DNA of 64,000 bases from Eledone cirrhosa (taxonomy: Eukaryota), in NCBI GenBank assembly GCA_964016885.1, contig OZ024753.1, positions 16,430,001 through 16,494,000 on the forward strand. The letters run 5' to 3'. Position 1 is the first letter of the stretch, and each line of letters begins with the position of its first letter. Of the stretch, positions 1 through 11,922 are shown one piece after another. The notes under the pieces were generated by a model. The model did not search any database, had not been told where the DNA came from, and saw only the letters and a program-made list of their open reading frames with translations. Position numbers and translations under genes: made by a program.

Positions 1-73
1 GCTATTTCAAGCATTAAACTAAAATATTTCTTCAATGTACTGTGTTGTTTGTGTGCTTTGTTATTTTACCTTT

Positions 74-109
<36 letters not shown>

Positions 110-278
110 CAGATATATAGAGATATATATATAGAGAGAGAAGGTGAGAAAGAGAGAGAGATCTGGCCCCTCTAGGTTTTATGAAGTATAGAAACTACAG
201 TTCTGGGCAAGGATTTTTTTATGGAACACCAAGTCACCCATACATACATATGTATATATATATGTATGTATATATATG

Positions 279-362
<84 letters not shown>

Positions 363-365
<3 letters not shown>

Positions 366-832
366 ATAAATTCCGACCTCACACACTTACACCTCTCCAA
401 GACAATGTCACTGGACCGAGATCTTTGGCACTACGCAGTAATACAGAAGACCCGCCTTGCCTAAGTATAAAGCGAAACCTACAGTCAGTAAGCACCTCTT
501 AACCAAAATACATCCCCATCCCACTACCCGTACCCCCACGCCATCTACCCCACCCTTTCGATGTAGAGTTATGTTGGTACCACAACATCCAGTCCTAAAC
601 AAATGAGGTCGTGTAGGTGTCACGACAAAAAAACACAGTCCACGCTGTAATGTGGCCGCGTAGGTAACACGGTAAAAACCTCCCAGTTCCACACTGTAAA
701 TGTGGTTGGTGTTAGGAAGGGCATCCAGCCGTAGAAAACCCACCAGACAGTCCTTAGCAAGACAACCAATCTTGCCTCAAATGGGACAATTCCCGTCCAG
801 ACCCATGCTAGCGTGGAAGATGGACGTTAAAC

Positions 833-865
<33 letters not shown>

Positions 866-1070
866 CGCAGGGTGATCAAAATTGATGGTAGTTACGGAGT
901 AGGTAGACTCAGAAAAACTTGGGATGATTTGATAAATTCCGACCTTACGCACTTACACCTCTCTAAGACAACGGCACTGGACCGAGATCTTTGGCGCTAC
1001 GCAGTAATACAGAAGACCCGCCTTGCCTATGTACAAAGTGAAACCTACAGTCAGTAGGCACCTCTTAACC
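363..1070 (+). mobile_element. Two RTE 3' fragments; similar pieces at 7123-7329, 37585-38196, 45365-45541, 46665-47390, 50376-50748
   Basis: [14 protein letters not shown] end of ORF, GTTAGGAAGGGCATCCAGC UTR motif, (ATG)n tail. Confidence 0.85.
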
Positions 1071-1328
1071 ATATATATATATATGGTTGAAGTATGCAAA
1101 AACACAAATTGTTATTAGTTACATGCTTGGAAAGAAGTAAATGAGGGTTTTGACGTATCAGGTATAAGTCCTTCTTCAGAAAATGGAGAAGAGAGAGAGG
1201 AAGAGGGAGAGAGGGATAGAAAAGTTTGGAACAACAGAGTTTGGAAAAATAAAAAAAAAGGTGAAGGGACATCTTTTGAATATATATTTATTATATTATG
1301 CATTATTATGCATTATTATTCATAACTT

Positions 1329-1528
1329 CCATATATATTGAAATATAAGCCGAGGAATATGTGAACCCCAAAACATCGATGGTAAAATGGAGTGCAGGAG
1401 GAGGTCACCTTATATATACTATCTAAACAATGTGTTCATTAGCTGCCACGGTTTATAAATGAGGTTTGGGTTTTTGCCCCCATTTCTTAGACATAAAATG
1501 GTGTTGGGTTATATTTGAGTATTTATGG
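1329..1528. mobile_element. Old Tc2/pogo-like MITE
   Basis: Degenerate TIRs CCATATATATTGAAATATAA / TTATATTTGAGTATTTATGG. Confidence 0.55.
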
Positions 1529-1710
1529 ACCCGATAGATTACTGTTTCTACAGATATATTAAAACATGTGTGGCTTAAAATACTCTGTCACCAAAAGGAA
1601 TACAGTTTCAATTTATACCACCCATCCGACAATCTTATAAACAAAATAGAGGTAAACACTGAATAAAAATAGATATTTCTGTATTCCAGTCATGAGATTC
1701 AGTTTCTTAA

Positions 1711-1921
1711 CCCTTTAATGGCCAAAACTGGCCAGAATTCTCTACCTTTTTCTGTTGAAACTGGCTGTAACTGGTCACTCAAACTGATGTTAAGGTATTG
1801 TTCTCAAAATAAATTCTTTCAAAATCTCATAGATTCGATATTATGTGAGATAATTATGTGAGATAAAGCATTTATCATGAAAATATAATAGTATATGTAG
1901 AGTAATGTGAATGATAAAGGG
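1711..1921. mobile_element. piggyBac-like MITE, copy 1
   Basis: TTAA-CCCTTTA ... TAAAGGG-TTAA; similar throughout to copy 2. Confidence 0.8.
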
Positions 1922-1999
1922 TTAAGGTTGGTCTTCACAACTTCATCCTATGTTTTCCTAAGTCTACCTCTTCCACAAGATCCATTTACATCTGGTCTT

Positions 2000-2036
<37 letters not shown>

Positions 2037-2116
2037 TTCTTCCAGCCCCTCCACTTCTTCCCATCCTTCCCGCTTTCATCACTTAAATTCAGTAGGTAGC
2101 ACACCTATTTATTTAC

Positions 2117-2336
2117 CCCTTTAGCATTTAAACCGGCCATATCCGGCCAGAATTCTCTCACCTCTTTCTGTTCAAACTGGCTGTAACCAGCCACTCATAC
2201 TTATGTTAAGGTATCGTTCTCAAAATAAATAATATCAAAATCTCATAGATTTGATATTATGTGAGGTAAAACTTTTACTGTGAAAACATAATAGTAAATA
2301 CAATAGTATATATAGAGTAATGTAAATGGTAAAGGG
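2117..2336. mobile_element. piggyBac-like MITE, copy 2
   Basis: TTAC-CCCTTTAGCATTTA ... TAAATGGTAAAGGG-TTAA. Confidence 0.8.
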
Positions 2337-3057
2337 TTAAATCAGGTGCACCCAACTATATTCCTTTCAAGAAAGTCTAGATTTTCCCATCTTTCCAGCT
2401 TTAAAATGTTGCACATTTTACAAAGTTTTTTCTATTAATTCAGTCATAAGTCTGTTGTTTATTTATTTCATGCAGTTGTAATATTATCATATATTTAAGA
2501 ATCCATGAGGCCATTACCATCAACCAGAACCACAGATAAATAATAGACTGGAAATGCACGAAGCCAGATTGGTTGCTATAACGACTTCATGCATGCATAT
2601 TTCAGACACGTAGACCAGTTAAGAAAGAACACATTGATTGTTTTTGTTTTCAACTGTTTCACCTCCACATTTGACAAGAGGGTTATAGCCCTGAAATATT
2701 GTGTTGAAATATACTGGATAAAACATTACTTTGTTTTGTTTTATTTGCCATCCTTTGCCCTTTATATATTTCTATCACATTGTACCGGCTTTTTGAAACT
2801 TATCGGTCTTTTATTACAAAGAATATATTTATTTAATTTTGTCGAAGAATTCCTGTAAATCTTGCTGTCTGAATTTTGTTATGATATCAACAGAGCTGTT
2901 TGACATGTATCAACAGAGCTGTTGCATAAACTGGCATTACAAGTGCAGTCACACCTTAATGTCTGAAATTGCACACTAACATATGTTGAGATAGAGATGC
3001 AGCTGTCAGTTCAACTTGCACTGTCTTTCTACTGATATGGATGGTTGGCTGGATAGA

Positions 3058-5103
3058 TTAGACAGTGTCTTTCATTAGAAATATGGTAATGAAAGGGTTA
3101 ATGACATAGACAGTGTCTTTCATTAGAAATAAGGTAATGAAAGGGTTAATGACATAGACAGTGTCTTTGATTAGAAATATGGTAATGAAAGTGTTAATGA
3201 CATAGACAGTGTCTTTCATTAGAAATATAGTAATGAAAGGGTTAATGACATAGGCAGTGTCTTTCATTAGAAATATGGTAATGAAAGGGTTAATGACATA
3301 GGCAGTGTCGTTTATTAGAAATATGGTAATGAAAGGGTTAATGACATAGGCAGTGTCTTTCATTAGAAATATGGTAATGAAAGGGTTAATGACATATAGA
3401 GTCTTTCATTAGAAATATGGTAATGAAAGGGTTAATAATATAGACAGTGTCTTTCATTAGAAATAAGGTAATGAAAGGGTTAATGACATAGACAGTGTCT
3501 TTCATTAGAAATAAGGTAATGAAAGGGTTAATGACATAGACAGTGTCTTTCATTAGAAATATGGTAATGAAAGTGTTAATAACATAGACAGTATCTTTCA
3601 TGAGAAATATGGCAATGAAAGGGTTAATGACATAGACAGTGTCTTTCATTAGAAATAAGGTAATGAAAGTGTTAATGACATAGACAGTGTCTTTCATTAG
3701 AAATAAGGTAATGAAAGGGTTAATGACATAGACAGTGTCTTTCATTAGAAATATGGTAATGAAAGGGTTAATGACATAGACAGTGTCTTTCATTAGAAAT
3801 ATGGTAATGAAAGGGTTAATGACATAGACAGTGTCTTTCATTAGAAATATGGTAATGAAAGGGTTAATGACATAGGCAGTGTCTTTCATTAGAAATAAGG
3901 TAATGAAAGGGTTAATGACAGACAGTGTCTTTCATTAGAAATATGGTAATGAAAGGGTTAATGACATAGGCAGTGTCTTTCATTAGAAATATGGTAATGA
4001 AAGGGTTAATGACATAGACAGTGTCTTTCATTAGAAATATGGTAATGAAAGGGTTAATGACATAGACAGTGTCTTTCATTAGAAATATGGTAATGAAAGG
4101 GTTAATGACATAGGCAGTGTCTTTCATTAGAAATAAGGTAATGAAAGGGTTAATGACAGACAGTGTCTTTCATTAGAAATATGGTAATGAAAGGGTTAAT
4201 GACATATAGAGTCTTTCAATAGAAATATGGTAATGAAAGGGTTAATGACATAGACAGTGTGTTTCATTAGAAATATGGTAATGGAAGGGTTAATGACATA
4301 GGCAGTGTCGTTTATTAGAAATATGGTAATGAAAGGGTTAATGACATAGACAGTGTCTTTCATTAGAAATAAGGTAATGAAAGGGTTAATGACATAGACA
4401 GTGTCTTTCATTAGAAATAAGGTAATGAAAGGGTTAATGACATAGACAGTGTCTTTCATTAGAAATATGGTAATGAAAGGGTTAATGACATAGGCAGTGT
4501 CTTTCATTAGAAATAAGGTAATGAAAGGGTTAATGACAGACAGTGTCTTTCATTAGAAATATGGTAATGAAAGGGTTAATGACATATAGAGTCTTTCATT
4601 AGAAATATGGTAATGAAAGGGTTAATGACATAGACAGTGTGTTTCATTAGAAATATGGTAATGAAAGGGTTTATGACATAGACAGTGTCGTTTATTAGAA
4701 ATATGGTAATGAAAGGGTTAATGACATAGACAGTGTCTTTCATTAGAAATATGGTAATGAAAGGGTTAATGACATAGACAGTGTCTTTCATTAGAAATAA
4801 GGTAATGAAAGGGTTAATGACATAGACAGTGTCTTTCATTAGAAATATGGTAATGAAAGGGTTAATGACATAGACAGTGTCTTTCATTAGAAATAAGGTA
4901 ATGAAAGGGTTAATGACATATAGAGTCTTTCATTAGAAATATGGTAATGAAAGGGTTAATGACATAGACAGTGTGTTTCATTAGAAATATGGTAATGAAA
5001 GGGTTTATGACATAGACAGTGTCGTTTATTAGAAATATGGTAATGAAAGGGTTAATGACATAGACAGTGTCTTTCATTAGAAATATTTTAATGGAAGGGT
5101 TAA
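3058..5103. repeat. 48-bp minisatellite, about 43 copies
   Basis: Unit TAGACAGTGTCTTTCATTAGAAATATGGTAATGAAAGGGTTAATGACA. Confidence 0.97.
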
Positions 5104-5252
5104 AGATATAGGCAACAATGCACTATCACACCCACAAACACCCACATCAACAACACCACCATCACCAACAACAACAACACTACACCACCACCAACAACAA
5201 CAACACCACTACTCCCCTCTTTGTATTTTTTCCATGAATAAGAATTTGGCTA

Positions 5253-5300
<48 letters not shown>

Positions 5301-5451
5301 AGATCAAAAGATGGTTAAAAGAGTTCCAAGTATTTTATTATGCGCATTTCAAAAACAAATATCATCATGGGATGATATCTACGTTCTCAATATATGTTGA
5401 TTTAAAACTTCACTATTCACAAGTGTTTTTAAGCTTCATATCATGTCTCCC

Positions 5452-5522
5452 TATTTTATCTGATGAGAACGCAGATATCATCCCATGATGATATTTGTTT
5501 TTGAAATGCGCATAATAAAATA
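5452..5522 (+). ncRNA. Minimal hammerhead ribozyme
   Basis: TATTTTAT-CTGATGA-long stem II (CAGATATCATC/GATGATATTTG)-GAAA-TGCGCA-TA-ATAAAATA. Confidence 0.8.
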
Positions 5523-5643
5523 CTTGGAACTCTTTTAACCATCTTTTGATCTTATATTATTTATACTCCAGTCCTACAAACTGTAGAGTGCTACTTATCC
5601 GATATTTGCATTGCTTTATTGTGCTACAATAAAACTCACCTCC

Positions 5644-5691
<48 letters not shown>

Positions 5692-6303
5692 TAGTCAATA
5701 CCTAAACTGTCCTCTCTCTTTTCCTCTTTTACTCATCCAACCCATTTTTCTGCCACCCCCACCCCCACCCCACCCCCACCACTACCCCCACGCCACCAAC
5801 ACCACCACAACTACTACTACCATCACCACCACCACCACCACCACCCCTCGACAGCCCACCCCCACCACTACCCCCACACCACCAACACCACCACAACTAC
5901 TACTACCATCACCACCACCACCACCACCACCCCTCGACACCCCACCCCCACCACTACCCCCACACCACCAACACCACCACAACTACTACTACCATCACCA
6001 CCACCACCACCCCTCGACACCCCACCACCACCACTATTGTTAAAACACTGTTATTGTTCTCTAAAGAAAGGTTAAGTTTGGGCTGTTGTTTTTTTCTTCA
6101 AATCTGAAGAAAAATCTACCTCTACCCACCATCCCATCCCACTACCACCACCACCACCACCATACCCATCCTCTCTAACTTTCTCAGGTGACACACAATA
6201 ACAAATGTTGATCATACTTGCCAACAATAAAAACTATGAAATGTCATGAGGGAAGGGCATATCTATCTATCTATCTATCTATCTCTCTCTCTATATATAT
6301 ATA

Positions 6304-6336
<33 letters not shown>

Positions 6337-6386
6337 GAGAGAGAGAGACATACATATATATATATACACATACACGCACACACACT

Positions 6387-6732
6387 TATCATCATCATAA
6401 TCATTTCATTTTACGTCGGCTTTTCCCTGCTTGCAAGGGTGGGACGGGAACTGATTCTGGCTTGATTTCTACAGCTGGATGCCCTTCCTAACACCAACCT
6501 CATTTACAGTGAGTGCTGGGTGATTTTTTGCCGTGGCACCTACACGACCACTTTGCAGTGGAATGATAGGGACCCCAGTCCCTATCATCTCATTTCTACA
6601 GCTGAGTAAACTGGAGAAAATGTGAAATAAAGTGTCTTGCTCAAGGAAACAACACACCACCCGGTCTGAGAATTGAACTCACAACCTTTCGATTGCAAGC
6701 CCAATGCTCTAACCACTAAGCCATGTGCCTCC
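6387..6732 (-). mobile_element. tRNA-head SINE family A (RTE-type tail)
   Basis: A box TGGCTTAGTGG, B box GTTCAATTC, CCTTGAGCAAGACACTT core, RTE 3' end. Confidence 0.88.
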
Positions 6733-6775
<43 letters not shown>

Positions 6776-6988
6776 TACAAGCAGGGAAAAGCGACTGTAT
6801 GGTGATATATAGATATATTTTGCTATGTAAATCTACATAGCAAAATTATAAAATTGTAAAATTATAAAACTAAATTGTTTAGAATACCAACTACAAGTAA
6901 AGTCATTCTTTTCCTGTTTTCAAATATATCTATATATGTTGTGTGAACCTATCATCATCATCATATGGCCACTTTTCCCTGCTTGCAT

Positions 6989-7057
<69 letters not shown>

Positions 7058-7329
7058 TACATATATATATATATATATAAATATATATCATCATCATATA
7101 AATATATATATATATATATATATGGAGTGTAGGCAACACGGTAAAAACCTCCCAGCCCCACACTGTAAATGTGGTTGGTGTTAGGAAGAGCATCCAGCCG
7201 TAGAAAACCTGCCAGACAGTCCTATGCGAGCAAGACAATCACTCTTGCCTCAAGTGGGAAAACTCCCGTCCAAACCCATGCAAGCGTGGAACACGGACGT
7301 TAAACGATGATGATGATGATGATGATGAT

Positions 7330-7697
7330 GGAGGCACATGGCTTAGTGGTTAGAGCATTGCCCTTGCAATCGAAAGGTTGTGAGTTCAATTCTCAGACCG
7401 GGTGATGTGTTGTTTCCTTGAGCAAGACACTTTATTTCACGTTGCTCCAGTTTACTCAGCTGTAGAAATGAGATGATAGGGACCCCAAAGTGGTCGTGCA
7501 GGTGCCACGGCAAAAAAGCACCCAGCCCACACTGTAAAGTGGACGTGTAGGCGCCACGGTCTAAAAAACACCCATCACTCACTGTAAATGAGGTTGGTGT
7601 TAGGAGGGGCAGTAGAAATCAAGCCAGAATCAATTCCCGTCCTACCCTTGCAAGCAGGGAAAAGCGGACATAAAATGAAATGAAGAATGATGATGAT
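7330..7697 (+). mobile_element. SINE family A
   Basis: Same head, core and tail as 6387-6732. Confidence 0.88.
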
Positions 7698-7754
7698 ATA
7701 TATATATGAAATATATGAAATATAAGAATCAAAGAGCTGTTCAAAACATTATTG

Positions 7755-7801
7755 TGCTTACAGCTGTTTCCTCCAAACCGAGGTTTGGATTCTTCGGAGC
7801 A
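7755..7801 (-). ncRNA. Hammerhead-like motif with variant core CCGAAGA
   Basis: TGCT-CCGAAGA-A-TCCAAACC-TC-GGTTTGGA-G-GAAA-CAGCTG-TA-AGCA: perfect 8-bp stem II and palindromic stem III. Confidence 0.6.
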
Positions 7802-8720
7802 ATTTATTAATGCATGGACAGTTATATGACCTCCTTTTCAGCCGAGAGACATACCGATACATATTCAAACATTGTGGGTCAACATTCATTACAGAATTTA
7901 GAGTGGCAGTACACACTTCGAGATTACATTTATATTAAGAGGTACAATCAAAAATCAAAAATACAGGTTAAAATACATATATATGAGATGCGTGATGCTG
8001 CATGGCAGTGAGATATGGGCAGCAACTGCGGAGGATATGCAAAGGCTGGAGAAAAATGAAGCAAGCAATGCTTTGATAGATGTGGAATGTGAAAGTTGAG
8101 AGAGAAACTGTGTAGAAGAGGAATAAGCTGAAGTGTGCGGGAGAGAAGATTACGTTGGTATGGACATTTGATGTACATGGAAGATGACCGCTGGGTAAAG
8201 AAGTGCCAAGTAATCCTGCTGGAGGGAAGACGCAGTAGAGGAAGACCACAGAAAACATGGGCGGAGGTGGTGAGGTGCTGACCTCAGATTGCTGAAGCTC
8301 AAAGAGGAGATGATGAAGGACTATGATGAATGGAAGGATGCTGAATAGGACCTGTCCCACCCTTGCAAGCAGGGTACTTAACTAAATGCCACAAAGCATG
8401 ATGTTTGGAGCTCTACCAATTAGTGACAATCCACCAACCTAAGTTACACCAACAACAACAAGGTATTACAAGAATAACAACAAGGTACCACAAAAGCAAT
8501 GGCCAACAAAGTAGTATTAATAAAATAGCAATAACAACTAGAAGTAACAACAATAACAACTAGAAGTAACAACAATAACAACTAGAAGTAACAACAACAA
8601 CAACAGAAGCATGAGTGTAGTGTTTCTTATTTGTATTGTGTGTTCTAGGATGTTATTGACTGTCTATAAAACAATGGTCTGACTCACTACCGACATCTTG
8701 TTTACACAGAGACACAGAAC

Positions 8721-9030
<310 letters not shown>

Positions 9031-9264
9031 TACATTCTGAAAGAATTGCAAACGATTTGTAATGTTATTTATACAACTGTGTATAAAATATTTATATATA
9101 TATATATGTATGTATATATAACCAAAGATTAATATGGTTCATTGATTACTCAATGAATATAGTTTTACAATAGATTAAAAGCACTCTACAGTGAAGCTTT
9201 CTGGAGTTATTAATATTATTCAAAATATTAATAAATGAAGACATTCACATAATCAAAATATATG

Positions 9265-9326
9265 TTTTATTATATATATTTCGAAGGTACTGTGCTGCTT
9301 TTTCAGTACGTCCTCGTCAGATAAAA
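9265..9326 (-). ncRNA. Minimal hammerhead ribozyme (left arm of fold-back)
   Basis: Reverse-complement copy of 9443-9505 with intact core. Confidence 0.78.
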
Positions 9327-9442
9327 TACATGAATTGATGTATGACATACCTAAATGGTCTTGATGGTTCAATTCCAGTGACTGCCAATACTGGAATTGA
9401 ACCATCAAGACAGTTGAGGTATGTCATACATCAATTTATGTA

Positions 9443-9505
9443 TTTTATCTGACGAGGACGTACTGAAAAAAACAGCACAGTACCTTCGAAATATATATAA
9501 TAAAA
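9443..9505 (+). ncRNA. Minimal hammerhead ribozyme (right arm of fold-back)
   Basis: TTTTAT-CTGACGA-stem II (GTACTG/CAGTAC)-GAAA-TATATA-TA-ATAAAA. Confidence 0.78.
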
Positions 9506-9553
9506 CATATATTTCGATTATATGAGTATCTTCATTGATTAATATTTTGAATA

Positions 9554-9643
<90 letters not shown>

Positions 9644-9662
9644 TATATATATATATATATAT

Positions 9663-9781
<119 letters not shown>

Positions 9782-9787
9782 TATATA

Positions 9788-9856
<69 letters not shown>

Positions 9857-9857
9857 T

Positions 9858-9899
<42 letters not shown>

Positions 9900-9979
9900 A
9901 TATATATTATATATATATATATTATATATATATATATATTATATGTATATATATTATATATATATATATATTATATGTA

Positions 9980-10011
<32 letters not shown>

Positions 10012-10012
<1 letters not shown>

Positions 10013-10247
10013 ACGAAGGAAATGTGGTAAGGAACCAGGTGGACCATAACGCACCAAAGTACTCAATACTTGAGGTAGTAGAGTGGGTAATAGGAACCAG
10101 TAAGACCCCGACAGCTGAGCTCAAGCCGTTTCGACGGCTAATTCTGGACGGAGTCCAGAATTAGCCGTCGAAGTCCAGAATTAGCCGTCGGAGTCCAGAA
10201 TTAGCCGTCGAAACGGCTTGAGCTCAGCTGTCGGGGTCTTACTGGTT

Positions 10248-10250
<3 letters not shown>
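10012..10250. mobile_element. Non-coding fold-back mini-element in (TA)n; other copies 27028-27166, 30458-30560, 47471-47661
   Basis: Shared termini AACGAAGGA... and ...TTCCT, internal inversion, TA flanks. Confidence 0.75.
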
Positions 10251-10296
<46 letters not shown>

Positions 10297-10298
<2 letters not shown>

Positions 10299-10921
10299 CG
10301 TTTCTGAATTTGTTTAGCAAGATTCTTTATCTGAAATCGTGTGTTGAAACCGATATTGTTATACTTTGGGAGGGTCATGTTGCCAATAAGAAACACACGC
10401 ACCAGTTGCTTTCACTTCAATTTATTATATATTTATAAATTTATAAATTTATAAATTTATAAATTTCTGGTTGGTTGGTTGGTTGGTTCCACAACCAGAT
10501 AGTTGTTTATATATAGTCATAGTTCTTTCGTCACACACTCTGTGACCTCTTCAGTGACTGGGGATTCCTTTCTTTGTTTCTGTGCCTCTCCTTTGTTTTG
10601 TCCTATGCCATTTTGTTTCTGTGTGTGTGTTGTGTGCTCAGTCTGTGCATGCGCCACATCCGGGTGTCTGTGTGTGTTTATGTTCATTTATTTATTTGTT
10701 TATTTACATGTTACTGGTTGGTTGTTTGTTCTATGTGTGTGTGTGTTTTCATTTTGTCCTTAATTGTAAGTTGTGATGTTGCTGTTCCACTCATATTTTC
10801 TATTTAATTTTGGTTGTAATTCTTTTATGTTTATTGCCTCTGTAATTTGTCTAAACATTGCGTCTTTTCTGTGTGTAGATTCTATTTTTATTTCTATGTT
10901 CTCTAATTTACCCTTGTGTTC
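10297..10921. mobile_element. Dispersed (TA)n-inserted repeat; related pieces at 30688-30712, 31876-31960, 52681-53060
   Basis: Shared motifs GAAATCGTGTGTYGAAAC and TATTGTTATAYTTKGGGAGGGTCAT; class not determined. Confidence 0.55.
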
Positions 10922-10976
<55 letters not shown>

Positions 10977-11416
10977 TCATCATCATCATCATCATTTTAC
11001 GTCCGCTTTTCCCTGCTTACAGTATTTTAAACATTCAAGCATTAACTGAATGAGCATTCAATACTTGTGGGTAGAGTGTAAATTCTATTTCCCAAGTAGG
11101 AAAACAACAGTAACGTTGAATACAATATATATATATTGTATATATATATCAATCATATTAATAAATGGAAACTATATTTATAAAACCATATTTATTTTAA
11201 GGGTACCAAAAACTTTGGTATGCTCTCATCAGATAAAATACAAAATTTGTTTTATAAATAGTGACATACCCAAGAAACAAGAACTTATTGGTTCAGGTTC
11301 CGTTTGAATAGTATACTCCATTGATATTATACTCCAGGAAACTTGTTGAGTGCTTTGAATCTGTTATAAATAAATTTGTTGAATTACCAACAAATTAAAT
11401 ATCTCTTTGCTTATAT

Positions 11417-11489
<73 letters not shown>

Positions 11490-11594
11490 AAGTATGAATT
11501 CATACATGTAAAAAATACATATAGGGAAATAAGTATTATCCAACCGTATGCCAATGTGGTTCTATGGCTGGTTAATAAATTAACAAGCCAGAAC

Positions 11595-11816
11595 ATACAA
11601 AATCAAGGTCCAGCAAATAGAGAAAAAGTTTTTAAATAAATTTTAAAAAATTCGTAGTACTTACTATATGTGCCTTTACCGCAGTTTCATGTTCCAGAAT
11701 AAACGGAAAATCCAAGCGGATTTCCATGAAACCGCAGTAAAGTCACATATAGTAAGTACTATGAATTTTTTAAAATTTATTTTAAAACTTTTTCTCTATT
11801 TGCTGGACCTTGATTG

Positions 11817-11819
<3 letters not shown>
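11595..11819. repeat. About 95-bp-arm inverted repeat with a half hammerhead at its centre
   Basis: Arms 11595-11691 and 11725-11819; centre GGAAAATCC-AAGC-GGATTTCC-AT-GAAAC-CGCAG-TA. Confidence 0.75.
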
Positions 11820-11853
<34 letters not shown>

Positions 11854-11877
11854 ATTGTATATATATATTGTGTATAC

Positions 11878-11920
<43 letters not shown>

Positions 11921-11922
<2 letters not shown>

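Noticed and set aside
2572-2585. X-box-like GTTGCTATAACGAC
   Set aside because: Intronic, within probable repeat remnant, with no promoter context.
3058-4887. Repetitive ORFs MKDTVYVINPFITIFL, and likewise 14986-15450, 34521-35018, 48472-49898
   Set aside because: Unit lengths divisible by 3 give stop-free frames; frameshifting variant units break them and there are no splice signals or homology.
7330-7405. SINE heads as tRNA genes
   Set aside because: A and B boxes present but no acceptor stem, and each continues into a SINE body.
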